From assembly GCA_025449535.1 (NCBI GenBank), contig JANWJF010000001.1:68279-132278 (forward strand): DNA of 64,000 bases, in the 5' to 3' direction. The notes under the pieces were generated by a model that was not told where the DNA came from, made no database searches, and was given only the letters and a program-made list of their open reading frames with translations. Source of the stretch: Candidatus Saccharimonadia bacterium (lineage in GTDB: Bacteria > Patescibacteriota > SICC01). This document shows, one piece after another, positions 27,184 through 37,737 of the stretch (positions are counted from its first letter, which is position 1; the number at the start of each line of letters is the position of its first letter). Made by a program: the position numbers and the translations under genes.

Positions 27184-28833
27184 ATGGCCGGGCGCAAGCA
27201 GCCACCTGTTTGGAAAGCGCGCCTCTCAAAGTTCCTTCCGGGTATCGTGGTCGCGGCCTTCGCGATCATGCCGGTCTTCGGCTACCTGAAGACGAACTTC
27301 ACGGATCTGCAGCCCGGCGGCACCCTGGGACTGCTGCTCTTCGCCGTGCTGGTCGGAGCGGTCCTCTGGGGCATCGGCTGGCTGGCGACGCGCGACTGGC
27401 GACGCGGCGCGGTCGTCGGCGTGCTCCTGACCTTCCCCTTCTTCCACTACAAGGAGCTGTTGGACTGGTTCGTCGCCTCGGTAACGCAGTCACGGCCGCG
27501 GACAGTGATCCTCGTCGGCGTCCTGATCCTGGCCGCGCTGATCGGCTGGGGGCTCCGGAAGCTCTCCGACAAGACGATCCGCACCGTCCTCAGCTACCTG
27601 GGCGTAGTGGCGGTGATCTTCTTCGCCTGGAACGGCGTCGGCATGATCCAGGAATCCTTCAAGAACGCCGGGACCAGCGTCCGGGCGGTCAACGACGACC
27701 TCACGGCCTCGCCGCGGACGGCCGCTCCCAAGGACAGCCCGGACATCTACTACCTGGTCTTCGACCGCTACACCGGCTCGATCGGCCTGTCCGAGAGCTA
27801 CGACTTCGACAACGGGAAGTTCCTGACGCAACTCCAAAGGCGCGGCTTCTACGTCCCGAAGCGGAGCTTCGCCAACTACCCGGTGACGGCCTCTTCCGTC
27901 TCCAGCTCGCTGAACGGCGGCCCACTGGCCACCAAGGGACCGGTGGACCGGGCGGAGACGGCGAAGCCGCTCTACAAGCTCCTCCAGCGACCGGCGGTGC
28001 CGGCCTACCTCCAGGACCGCGGGTACGAGTTCGTCCAGCTCGGCTCCTGGTGGGGTCCGACGATGCGGTCCCAGCAAGCCGACCGCAATCCCCTGACCGC
28101 CTGGATGGTGGAGGTCTTCGGAATCCAGACGCACTTCGGGGACCTTTCCGGCGTGTTCATCAACAAGACCGCCTTCCCCGACCTGTTCACCAAGCTGCCG
28201 AGCGCCCGGACCACCCTGTATGACAACCACGGTCCGGCTTTCCAGAGCCAGGTCACCCAGACCGAGGACCTGGCGGCCGAGCGCGGCGGTAAGCCGAAGT
28301 TCGTCTTCACCCACTTCCTGATGCCCCACCCGCCGTACATCTACGACCGGGACGGCGATCGGCTGTTCCCGCGGGGTCTCAGCGGCTGGCATAGGTACCT
28401 CCGCCAGCTTGAGTACACCAACGACCGGATCCTGGAGATGGTCGACACGATCCGCAAGCGCGACCCGCACGCGATCGTGATCCTGCAGGCGGACGAAGGA
28501 GAGTATCCGAAGCGGTTCGCGAAGGACGCCAAACCTAGCGACGCCCAGATCCGCCAGAAGACGAACGTCCTCAACGCCTACTACTTCCCCGGCGAGGACT
28601 ACGACGCGCTGTACGATTCGATCACGCCGGTGAACACCTTCCGGATCGTCCTCAACCAGTTCTTCGGGACCGACCTCGCCAAACAGCCGGACGTGACGCA
28701 CACGCTGGGCGGGCGGCGTAACTACCTGGACTTCGTCGACGTGACGGACATCGTCCGTGCCGAGCCGGGCCCGCCGGGATCCGGCAACCCGGCGATCAAG
28801 CCGACGCTGCCGGGACCACAGGCTAGGAACTAG
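27184..28833 (+). CDS. Membrane protein with sulfatase/alkaline-phosphatase-fold domain
   Basis: Five TM segments; PDIYYLVFDRY, NYPVT, HFLMPHPPY, LQADEG. Confidence 0.8.
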   Translation: MAGRKQPPVWKARLSKFLPGIVVAAFAIMPVFGYLKTNFTDLQPGGTLGLLLFAVLVGAVLWGIGWLATRDWRRGAVVGVLLTFPFFHYKELLDWFVASVTQSRPRTVILVGVLILAALIGWGLRKLSDKTIRTVLSYLGVVAVIFFAWNGVGMIQESFKNAGTSVRAVNDDLTASPRTAAPKDSPDIYYLVFDRYTGSIGLSESYDFDNGKFLTQLQRRGFYVPKRSFANYPVTASSVSSSLNGGPLATKGPVDRAETAKPLYKLLQRPAVPAYLQDRGYEFVQLGSWWGPTMRSQQADRNPLTAWMVEVFGIQTHFGDLSGVFINKTAFPDLFTKLPSARTTLYDNHGPAFQSQVTQTEDLAAERGGKPKFVFTHFLMPHPPYIYDRDGDRLFPRGLSGWHRYLRQLEYTNDRILEMVDTIRKRDPHAIVILQADEGEYPKRFAKDAKPSDAQIRQKTNVLNAYYFPGEDYDALYDSITPVNTFRIVLNQFFGTDLAKQPDVTHTLGGRRNYLDFVDVTDIVRAEPGPPGSGNPAIKPTLPGPQARN

Positions 28834-29255
28834 GCGTTCGCGTCGTAGTCGCCAGCCGCGTACGACAGCTTGATCAGCTTTTTCAGGGTCGGCTGGTGTA
28901 CGTCCTCGAGGCGCTTGATGTAGATGCAGGACTTCCCCGCGGAGTGGGCGTTCAATCGCTGCAGCAGGTCCCGGTAGTCCGGCACGTGCGGAATCGCGTA
29001 TAGGACGAGCGCGGCCTTCCGCGGCGAGAACCCGGCCAGCGGCGCGTCGCCTTCCTGGCCGCTGGCGTACGTGTAGTGGTACGAGCCGAAGCCGACGATC
29101 GAGGGGCCCCACATCTTCGGCTTGTCGCCGGTGACTTCTGCCATCAGCTTGCAGAGCGCCTGGGCATCCTTCCGACGTCGCTCGTCCGGCACGGCCGCCA
29201 GGAATGCCCGCACACTGGCACCGGTCCACTTCGTCTTGAGCTCGTACTTGGTCAC
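28830..29255 (-). CDS. DUF1801 (YdhG-like) protein
   Basis: MWGPSIVGFGSYHYTY, GFSPRK, GKSCIYIKRL. Confidence 0.9.
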   Translation of the reverse strand: MTKYELKTKWTGASVRAFLAAVPDERRRKDAQALCKLMAEVTGDKPKMWGPSIVGFGSYHYTYASGQEGDAPLAGFSPRKAALVLYAIPHVPDYRDLLQRLNAHSAGKSCIYIKRLEDVHQPTLKKLIKLSYAAGDYDANA

Positions 29256-29334
29256 GGGACTATCCTAGCAAAGACGCCATTGCCAGGCCGCGCCGCTTCG
29301 TTACAATGGCGCCACGTAACAAAAGGAGGCAGCC

Positions 29335-29709
29335 ATGCATCTCGGTAACATCCTCGAACAGGCAAAGGCGAACGATAACTTCCGGAAGGTCCTGGCGACC
29401 GGCGACAACGTCCAGGTCGTGCTGATGTCGATCCCGCCGGAGGGCGAGATCGGCGAGGAGACCCATCCCGACAATGACCAGGTCCTGCTGCTGGTCGATG
29501 GCGGCGGCTCCGCGATCCTCGACGGCAAGGAGCAGCCGTTCGAGGAGGGCGACCTGGTGGTGGTCCCGGCCGGGACGCTCCACAACTTCACGGCCGGCAA
29601 GGACGGCCTGAAGGTCGTCACGACCTATTCCCCGCCGCACCACCCCGAAGGCACCGTCCACGCCACCAAGGCGGAGGCGGACGCCGCCGAAGCCGGCGAC
29701 GCGGAATGA
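29335..29709 (+). CDS. Cupin domain protein
   Basis: IGEETH, DQ, VPAGTLHN, YSPPHH; AGGAGG RBS. Confidence 0.92.
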   Translation: MHLGNILEQAKANDNFRKVLATGDNVQVVLMSIPPEGEIGEETHPDNDQVLLLVDGGGSAILDGKEQPFEEGDLVVVPAGTLHNFTAGKDGLKVVTTYSPPHHPEGTVHATKAEADAAEAGDAE

Positions 29710-29716
29710 CTGGTCG

Positions 29717-30250
29717 CTAAACGCAGATCTTGGTCAGGTCCGCCGCGGTGACTTCCGTCGTCACGTCGCACACTTTCTTGAGATTGTATGAAACGTGCCC
29801 GACGGCGACGTATTCGACCTGTTTACCCTTATGCCGTGCGTACTTGATCGCGGGAATCAGGTCGGTATCCGAACTGACCAGTATCGCCGTATCGAAGAGA
29901 TCGTCGATGGCACCTACGACCAGATCTATCGCGATCTTAACGTCCACGCCCTTTTCCCTCGGTACTGCATCGTCATAGTGCATACGGCCTTTCTTGACGA
30001 TATATCCATCCCGCCGAGCAAGGTTACCCAGAAACCTGCGCTGACCTTCGACGAGCCGCTCACCCTCGTCAGTACCTTTGTAATTCCGGAGTATCCCAAT
30101 ATAAAAACGCTTAGAACGACAGTCCCTGCCGTCCGACAACAGTTCGGCGAGTTGGACGTAGTCCACGCGCTTCCCCTTCGGTATCAGTGTTGCCGAACGG
30201 TGATAAAAGTTGCTTCCGTCTATAAATATGGCTACTTGCTTAAACGACAT
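29717..30250 (-). CDS. NYN domain (PIN-like) ribonuclease
   Basis: IFIDGSN, EKGVDVKIAIDL, LVSSDTDL; AT-richer than the flanks. Confidence 0.92.
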   Translation of the reverse strand: MSFKQVAIFIDGSNFYHRSATLIPKGKRVDYVQLAELLSDGRDCRSKRFYIGILRNYKGTDEGERLVEGQRRFLGNLARRDGYIVKKGRMHYDDAVPREKGVDVKIAIDLVVGAIDDLFDTAILVSSDTDLIPAIKYARHKGKQVEYVAVGHVSYNLKKVCDVTTEVTAADLTKICV

Positions 30251-30270
30251 GCCAATATCATACACGAATG

Positions 30271-30304
30271 AAAAATATACTGCCCGCGCGTGAGCACGGG
30301 CAGT
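30271..30304 (-). terminator. Terminator-like hairpin in the NYN leader
   Basis: ACTGCCCGTGC-TCAC-GCGCGGGCAGT then ATATTTTT. Confidence 0.55.
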
Positions 30305-30318
30305 GGGTTAACGTGAGT

Positions 30319-30349
30319 ATCTTAGCGGAATCGTTGACCGCTGTCAACG
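30319..30349 (-). promoter_or_regulatory. Promoter with palindrome over the -35 box
   Basis: TTGACA-N17-TAAGAT; CGTTGAC-N4-GTCAACG at 30332-30349. Confidence 0.7.
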
Positions 30350-30400
30350 GATAACTAGTGATTATTGCTTTAGTTAAGCAACTTTTTCTTCAGGGGTGGT

Positions 30401-31258
30401 TCAGAGGTAAATCAGCCCACCTAGGCCGTGTTTGTCCGCGATCACCGAGAATTCCTCGTTGAGTCCCGTGATCTTCCCCATCTCCTCGTCGCTCAGCTCG
30501 AAGTCGAAAATCCCGAAGTTCTCTTTGATGTGTTCCACGCTCCCGGACCGCGGCAGCGGCACCACCCCGAGCTGGAAATCCCAGCGCAGGACCACCTGCC
30601 CCGGCGTCTTGCCGTGCGCCTGCGCAATCTTTTGCAGCACCGGATGGTCCAGCTTGTGATACTGCGCCAGCGGACTGTACGCCTGCAGCGCGATCTCCCG
30701 GCTCCGCAGATACTCGCGGAATCGCATCGAATGCCCGAACGGACTCCACTCGACCTGGTCCACGGCCGGTACCTCGTCGGTGGCGTCCACCAACACGTCG
30801 ATCAGCTCGGCGTTATAGTTGCTGACCCCGATGTCCGTCGTCATCCCCTGCTCCCGCGCCCGGATCAGCCCCTGCCAGAGATGGACGCCGGCGCGGTCGT
30901 GCGGATCGGCCGGATGCGCCTCGTGCGCCGATCCCATCACCCCCGGCGGCCAGTGGATCAGCGTCAGGTCCACGCGGTCGAGCTTCATCTCCCCGAGCTG
31001 CCGCCGGAGCGACTCGACCGGATCCTCGTCCGACTCTACCTTCGTGACGAGGAAGATATCCTCGCGGGCGACGCTGCTGCCGCCGACGGCCGCTCCGACC
31101 TCGGCGACGTTGCCGTAGCTGCCGGACGTGTCGATGAGCCGGTAGCCGGCCGTGAGGGCAGCGGTAACCGCGTCGGCCGCCGCCTCATCGTGCAGCTGCC
31201 AGGTGCCGAAGCCGAGCGCCGGCATCGTCCGCCCAGTCCGTAGTGTGTGTCTTTCCAT
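30401..31258 (-). CDS. Aldo/keto reductase
   Basis: GFGTW, IDTSGSY, VTK, LIHWP, IGVSNY, AYSPL. Confidence 0.95.
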   Translation of the reverse strand: MERHTLRTGRTMPALGFGTWQLHDEAAADAVTAALTAGYRLIDTSGSYGNVAEVGAAVGGSSVAREDIFLVTKVESDEDPVESLRRQLGEMKLDRVDLTLIHWPPGVMGSAHEAHPADPHDRAGVHLWQGLIRAREQGMTTDIGVSNYNAELIDVLVDATDEVPAVDQVEWSPFGHSMRFREYLRSREIALQAYSPLAQYHKLDHPVLQKIAQAHGKTPGQVVLRWDFQLGVVPLPRSGSVEHIKENFGIFDFELSDEEMGKITGLNEEFSVIADKHGLGGLIYL

Positions 31259-31332
31259 GCACCACCATTATGACCCCAAGCGTACGAGCGTGGGGTGAAG
31301 TGTGAATGTGGGATGTTCTAAAGGCTATTTCG

Positions 31333-32286
31333 TTATACCGCTTTGGAATAGTGCATGGATTTAATGAAGCTTTCCATCCATTCCCAATCCGGGGTGCTAT
31401 GTTTCACAGGAAGTTTAATTACTGACTCCTTCATTCTTTCTGTATGCCATTTTCGACCATAGTTATAGCGGTATTTCTCCTGCTTGATTACGGAAGCAAG
31501 GAAGAGCCCTATGTATTTATTTAATTGGAATCCTCTTGGATAAAGAACATTAACATCATCACTGGCCCAAAAGGATCTAGGCTGATAAAAGGCCTCTGCC
31601 ACGCTGCCGTTATAACAAACAGTTATCGTATTGCCTTCATGAATAGCACTGGAAACTAAAGCTGTCATTCCATTATGGGAGTCAGAGGAACCTATAAAAG
31701 GAAACTTTCCCCTGCTCATATTGGCTTTTGTAAGCCGTTTTCCTTTTTTGATTTCAAATAAAGAAGAAAGCTTAAATGGTTGCCAATCCGTAGCATCAAG
31801 AGGTACGGATCGATTAATTAATGGTTCTTTCGTCTTAGATAAGTCGGGTAATTTTGTGCTCTTGACCCAGCGAGGCACAGAGCCAGGAATGGGAACCTCT
31901 AGTGATTTTAGAGTCCGGTTTGCTTCTCGCCCAAATGCACCATAACGAAAAGCATTGTGCTTAATCGCCAGGCAGTAAAATAGTAGCTCGTTAATAGTCA
32001 TGTGTTTTTTGGGTTTCAAGACAGCAATATTCTGAGCAGTATAAAAGGGACTCGTTTGTACAAACGAAGAGAGTATTGCACCACCAAGTGCGACTGTTAT
32101 TTTGAGGGGTTCTATTGGATCAACGCCTTGGTACTTCTGGACTTTAGCAACTACACCATTGTTGCGTGCCGTTCTACCAACAAAATTGACTCCCTTATGA
32201 CTAATAGACATCTTATTGAGGTCGAATTGCGTTCCATAAGCAACCTCAAAAAGTGAGTTAAGGGGGATCGTCGGTGTTTTAGTCAT
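31333..32286 (-). CDS. R-M specificity subunit (BcgI beta-like, two TRD repeats)
   Basis: Duplicated halves LNSLFEV..NNG..RYGAFGR and LSSLFEI..HNG..RYNYGR; overlaps the methylase stop. Confidence 0.85.
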   Translation of the reverse strand: MTKTPTIPLNSLFEVAYGTQFDLNKMSISHKGVNFVGRTARNNGVVAKVQKYQGVDPIEPLKITVALGGAILSSFVQTSPFYTAQNIAVLKPKKHMTINELLFYCLAIKHNAFRYGAFGREANRTLKSLEVPIPGSVPRWVKSTKLPDLSKTKEPLINRSVPLDATDWQPFKLSSLFEIKKGKRLTKANMSRGKFPFIGSSDSHNGMTALVSSAIHEGNTITVCYNGSVAEAFYQPRSFWASDDVNVLYPRGFQLNKYIGLFLASVIKQEKYRYNYGRKWHTERMKESVIKLPVKHSTPDWEWMESFIKSMHYSKAV

Positions 32287-34105
32287 TCTCTAAGTTAAAA
32301 ATCGCGTAATCACGAACCGTTTTTTCAAAATCATGCTTGCTTAGCTTTGAATAATCAGTTTCCATGTACGCTTCGGCGCACCATTCATCTAGAGCGCTAA
32401 CTTTTTGCTTGACACTTTCTCCCGGAACTTCATCCCTATTCCTGTACGAGTGCACCCAATGATCTCTAATCTCTGGCCAGGTGCGGTGAGCATCTATGCG
32501 CCCCAAGTGTTTGGTCTTAATAAATCCATCATCTTTCCAGTAGCCAAACCAAGTCTTTCTGTTAGACACATTGTGGGGCTCTTTAGCTGTAAAGACCATT
32601 ACGCATGTGACTACACCGACAGGGTAAAACAGTTCTGTTGGCATAGACATAACGGCCTCTAAAGTATGCTCATTCAATAATTCTTGTTTCATGGGATGTG
32701 GCTGAATAGCACATGACATTGGTACAATCGCAATGCCAATTCCCCCTTTTACGAGGCAGTCAAGCATGTGTTGTACAAATTTAAGCTCATACAGATCTTC
32801 GTCAGATTGTGAATACGGGGGGTTCAGAAGACCAACATCGCATCGATGCTTTTTAATTTGCTCAGTAAGGTCAAAACAGCTTCCCTGATACAAATTTGCT
32901 TTACCATCGCCGCGTAGAATCATATTAGAAGCAGCCAAGGAAAACATATTTGGTTGGTTTTCAACACCAACAAGTCCCTTGGCTTTTATTTTGTTTTTCT
33001 CTGTAGTTGTAATTGCAGTTTTCATCATTTGATGCATGGCAGAAATAAGGAAACCACCAGTCCCAGCGCAAATATCTAACACCTTGCTATGTTTATTAGC
33101 ATTCGCCAGAAGGGCAAATAGCTCGGTAACGTGTCTGGGTGTCAAAACAATCCCAAGGGCTTTTTGGTCACCTCCTGTGTACTTCAAAAACTCCCCATAA
33201 AACTGTCCAACAATATCAAAATCGTGATAGGTGTTGATGAAGGGAGCCACTTTATCACTTAGGAGCGTAATCAATTCGAAGAGAATTCCTTTGGGAAACT
33301 TCTTGTTCCCCTTTCCAAGAGCCGGATGAACTGCAATAGAAGAATATGGCTGGGTCATATCTTCCTTTTTTGAATAAGGAATATCAGCTTTCTCCATTTC
33401 GTCACGAATTACTCTCAACCATTGTTTCTGTAAGGCCTCGGGTGAGTAGGCTCCAAAACTTTTGGCAAATGCTTTATTCCGCAGGGCAATTAAAGTGCCA
33501 CTAACTAACAGGGGCTTTTCACTTTCTGTGAGCTTGGCGTGATCTCGCATAAACTCGTGCAGTGTTCTAGAAAATGCCATCAAATCATCATGTCTCTTTT
33601 TCACAACATTTGGATCAAACGCAGCTAGTCTAGTGAGTTCAGAAAATTCTATTAATTCTTCTAAATGTTTCCCAGACTCATTAGTTACAATTTTATATTC
33701 ATCTGCTTGCTTGCTCCAGAGGTATGTAGAAACACGTAACGATTTAGTAGAATCCCCACTAATGCCAATCGCTATAACGTTGTAGCTCTCTTTAAGGTGT
33801 TTGGCATAATGCAAAGCACCATCCACGGCAAAGTGAATCGGTTTATTAAGGTTTTTACTTGCATGGAACTTAGTGCTCGGCTTACATTCAGCAACGACCA
33901 AAAAATCAGAATCAGCAATAGAGTGGATAATAAACTCGGGTGAACCTCGTCCCCCCTTTCCTGCTTTTCCTGCTTTACTGAGAAGTCGATTAACGGCCAG
34001 AATGGAACTTTTTTGCTCCTCAACTAAAACATCATTTTTATTGCTGTAATAACCAAGTTGGCGCAACTTGTCGCGTACGAGATTTTCCGTGATCCGTTCG
34101 TTCAT
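32279..34105 (-). CDS. Fused endonuclease/N6-adenine methyltransferase (Type IIB, BcgI alpha-like)
   Basis: N-terminal PE...ECK nuclease motif; FYGEFLKY, LTPRHV, DICAGTGGF, NPPY. Confidence 0.88.
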   Translation of the reverse strand: MNERITENLVRDKLRQLGYYSNKNDVLVEEQKSSILAVNRLLSKAGKAGKGGRGSPEFIIHSIADSDFLVVAECKPSTKFHASKNLNKPIHFAVDGALHYAKHLKESYNVIAIGISGDSTKSLRVSTYLWSKQADEYKIVTNESGKHLEELIEFSELTRLAAFDPNVVKKRHDDLMAFSRTLHEFMRDHAKLTESEKPLLVSGTLIALRNKAFAKSFGAYSPEALQKQWLRVIRDEMEKADIPYSKKEDMTQPYSSIAVHPALGKGNKKFPKGILFELITLLSDKVAPFINTYHDFDIVGQFYGEFLKYTGGDQKALGIVLTPRHVTELFALLANANKHSKVLDICAGTGGFLISAMHQMMKTAITTTEKNKIKAKGLVGVENQPNMFSLAASNMILRGDGKANLYQGSCFDLTEQIKKHRCDVGLLNPPYSQSDEDLYELKFVQHMLDCLVKGGIGIAIVPMSCAIQPHPMKQELLNEHTLEAVMSMPTELFYPVGVVTCVMVFTAKEPHNVSNRKTWFGYWKDDGFIKTKHLGRIDAHRTWPEIRDHWVHSYRNRDEVPGESVKQKVSALDEWCAEAYMETDYSKLSKHDFEKTVRDYAIFNLEND

Positions 34106-34141
34106 GAATGTTTGTTTCTCGTTTATATTACACAGTACTAT

Positions 34142-34696
34142 TCATCCTCGCTTCTGCCGCACCCGCTCCCCATACTCCTTCCGCACCTTGGCCAACTTCG
34201 GATTGATCACCACCCGGCAGTACGGATGCTCCGGGTTCTTGCCCTGGAAGTCCTGGTGCTCGTCCTCCGCCGGATAGAATGCCTCCAGCTTCCGGACCTG
34301 GGTGACGATCGGATCGTCCCAGTTCGCTTGCGCCCGCTGGATCGCCGCCTTCGCTTCCCGCTCCTGCTCCGGTGAGTCATAGAGGACGATCGAGCGGTAC
34401 TGCGTGCCGACGTCCGGCCCCTGCCGGTCCTTGGTGGTCGGGTCGTGCATCGCGAAGAAGAAGTCGAGCACGTCCACCAGCGGCAGTACGGCCGGGTCGA
34501 ACGTCACCTGCACCACCTCGGCGTGGCCGGTCTCGCCGGAGCTGACCTGTTGGTACGTCGGGTCGATCGTCTGCCCGCCGGCGTAACCGGACGTGACCTC
34601 GGTGACGCCCTTCAGCATCCGGAACATCGCATCCAGGCACCAGAAGCACCCGCCGCCGAGTGTGATCGTAGCCGTGCTCTGGCGCGGACCGCTCAT
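34142..34696 (-). CDS. msrA: Peptide methionine (S)-sulfoxide reductase
   Basis: GGGCFWC, GYAGG, HAEVV, DVGTQYRS, AEDEHQ. Confidence 0.96.
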   Translation of the reverse strand: MSGPRQSTATITLGGGCFWCLDAMFRMLKGVTEVTSGYAGGQTIDPTYQQVSSGETGHAEVVQVTFDPAVLPLVDVLDFFFAMHDPTTKDRQGPDVGTQYRSIVLYDSPEQEREAKAAIQRAQANWDDPIVTQVRKLEAFYPAEDEHQDFQGKNPEHPYCRVVINPKLAKVRKEYGERVRQKRG

Positions 34697-35136
34697 CGCC
34701 CCAACACGTACCAAACGAGCAGCGCCAGGCTTCCCCACCACCCGACCATCGACACGATGGAGGCAGCGGCCATCTTGCGTTGCCAGGAGACCGACAGGAG
34801 TTCGCCGGCCCGGTCTTCCTCTTCGCGCGCCAGCAGGAACGGGCTCACGCGGTAAGTCAGGAAGAGACGGTTCAGGATCAGCAGCAGCACGACCGCGGCT
34901 TGGACGAGCGGGACGACCGCGCCGTAGTCGTCGCGGTAGAAGATCGCGCCACCGATGATCACCAGCGCGATGCCCAACCAGACCAGCGGCTTGGTCACCT
35001 TGTGCACGCGTATGGTCGTCTCGGCCCAGTACCGCGAGCGCCGGCCCAGGAAGATGTGCAGGTCGATCACGTTCACTGCGCCGAGCCCGATCACGTAGCC
35101 GGCCAGCAGCATGAACAGCGCGAGGAAGTCGATCAC
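34693..35136 (-). CDS. Four-TM membrane protein
   Basis: Hydrophobic profile; 4-nt overlaps with both neighbours. Confidence 0.75.
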   Translation of the reverse strand: MIDFLALFMLLAGYVIGLGAVNVIDLHIFLGRRSRYWAETTIRVHKVTKPLVWLGIALVIIGGAIFYRDDYGAVVPLVQAAVVLLLILNRLFLTYRVSPFLLAREEEDRAGELLSVSWQRKMAAASIVSMVGWWGSLALLVWYVLGR

Positions 35137-35753
35137 GGGGCCACCCTCGTCTCGAACGGCAGTTCGTATATCCGCCAGCGGCCCTCGACCTTGCGCATCT
35201 TGATCGTGAAGTCACGGCCGTTGTCGGCCACCACGACGACCTGCGCCGTGTCACCCTTCCGGTCGACCGACCGTACCTTCCCGTACGTATCCGTGACCGA
35301 GTCGGAATGGATTTGCTGGCGGAACTCGCCGGACTCGACTTGTGTACGGACTTCCCGCTTGATCTCCGCGGCGAGCGCCGGCCGCAACGTCGAGGTGAAG
35401 TCGTCGGTAAAGCGCCGGCCCAGCCGGTCGAAGTCATCGTCCGCAGGGATGACGGTCTGGTCGGTCTGCTGTTTCTCGGTCTTGGTGATCTCTTGATCGA
35501 CGGCGGTGTAGACGACCGCGTCGATGTCCACGTACTTCGTGAACTCGGCGTAATCCCGGTTCTGCAGCGCCTGCCCCGTCAGGTAGAGCGCGTACTGCGG
35601 GGTGTCCTTAATGTACAGCCAGACGCCCAACGCGGCGATCGCCGCGATCACAGCGGCCACGGCGACCGCGGCTACGATGCGCCGTACCAGGCGCAACGGC
35701 GACCGTCGCGCATCTGCCTTCGTGCTCACCTCTGTCGAACGCATGCCTGCCAT
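35133..35753 (-). CDS. DUF2939-like membrane-anchored protein
   Basis: TM then TPQYAL...FTKYVDIDAV, C-terminal WRI. Confidence 0.7.
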   Translation of the reverse strand: MAGMRSTEVSTKADARRSPLRLVRRIVAAVAVAAVIAAIAALGVWLYIKDTPQYALYLTGQALQNRDYAEFTKYVDIDAVVYTAVDQEITKTEKQQTDQTVIPADDDFDRLGRRFTDDFTSTLRPALAAEIKREVRTQVESGEFRQQIHSDSVTDTYGKVRSVDRKGDTAQVVVVADNGRDFTIKMRKVEGRWRIYELPFETRVAP

Positions 35754-35798
35754 GACTGACTAGAGCATACGAACGTCCGGTTGCCGCGTCCAGCGAAC

Positions 35799-37622
<1,824 letters not shown>

Positions 37623-37683
37623 AACCCCCAGTCTACGGCACCTGGGCCGGATGGACTAACGGGTACAGGCCTCTCCGAAGCTC

Positions 37684-37712
37684 TTGACTTTTTGGGCTTT
37701 TTATGTTATGGT
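37684..37712 (+). promoter_or_regulatory. Sigma70-like promoter
   Basis: TTGACT-N17-TATGGT with extended -10 TG. Confidence 0.7.
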
Positions 37713-37737
37713 TGACTAATTTTCGGGAAGACTACCC

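Noticed and set aside
25785-29229. Long minus-strand ORFs of 494 and 579 aa
   Set aside because: Shadow frames opposite the methyltransferase and sulfatase-fold genes
34697-35437. Apparent 431-aa MsrA fusion
   Set aside because: The upstream part is off-frame over two real genes; MsrA starts at 34696
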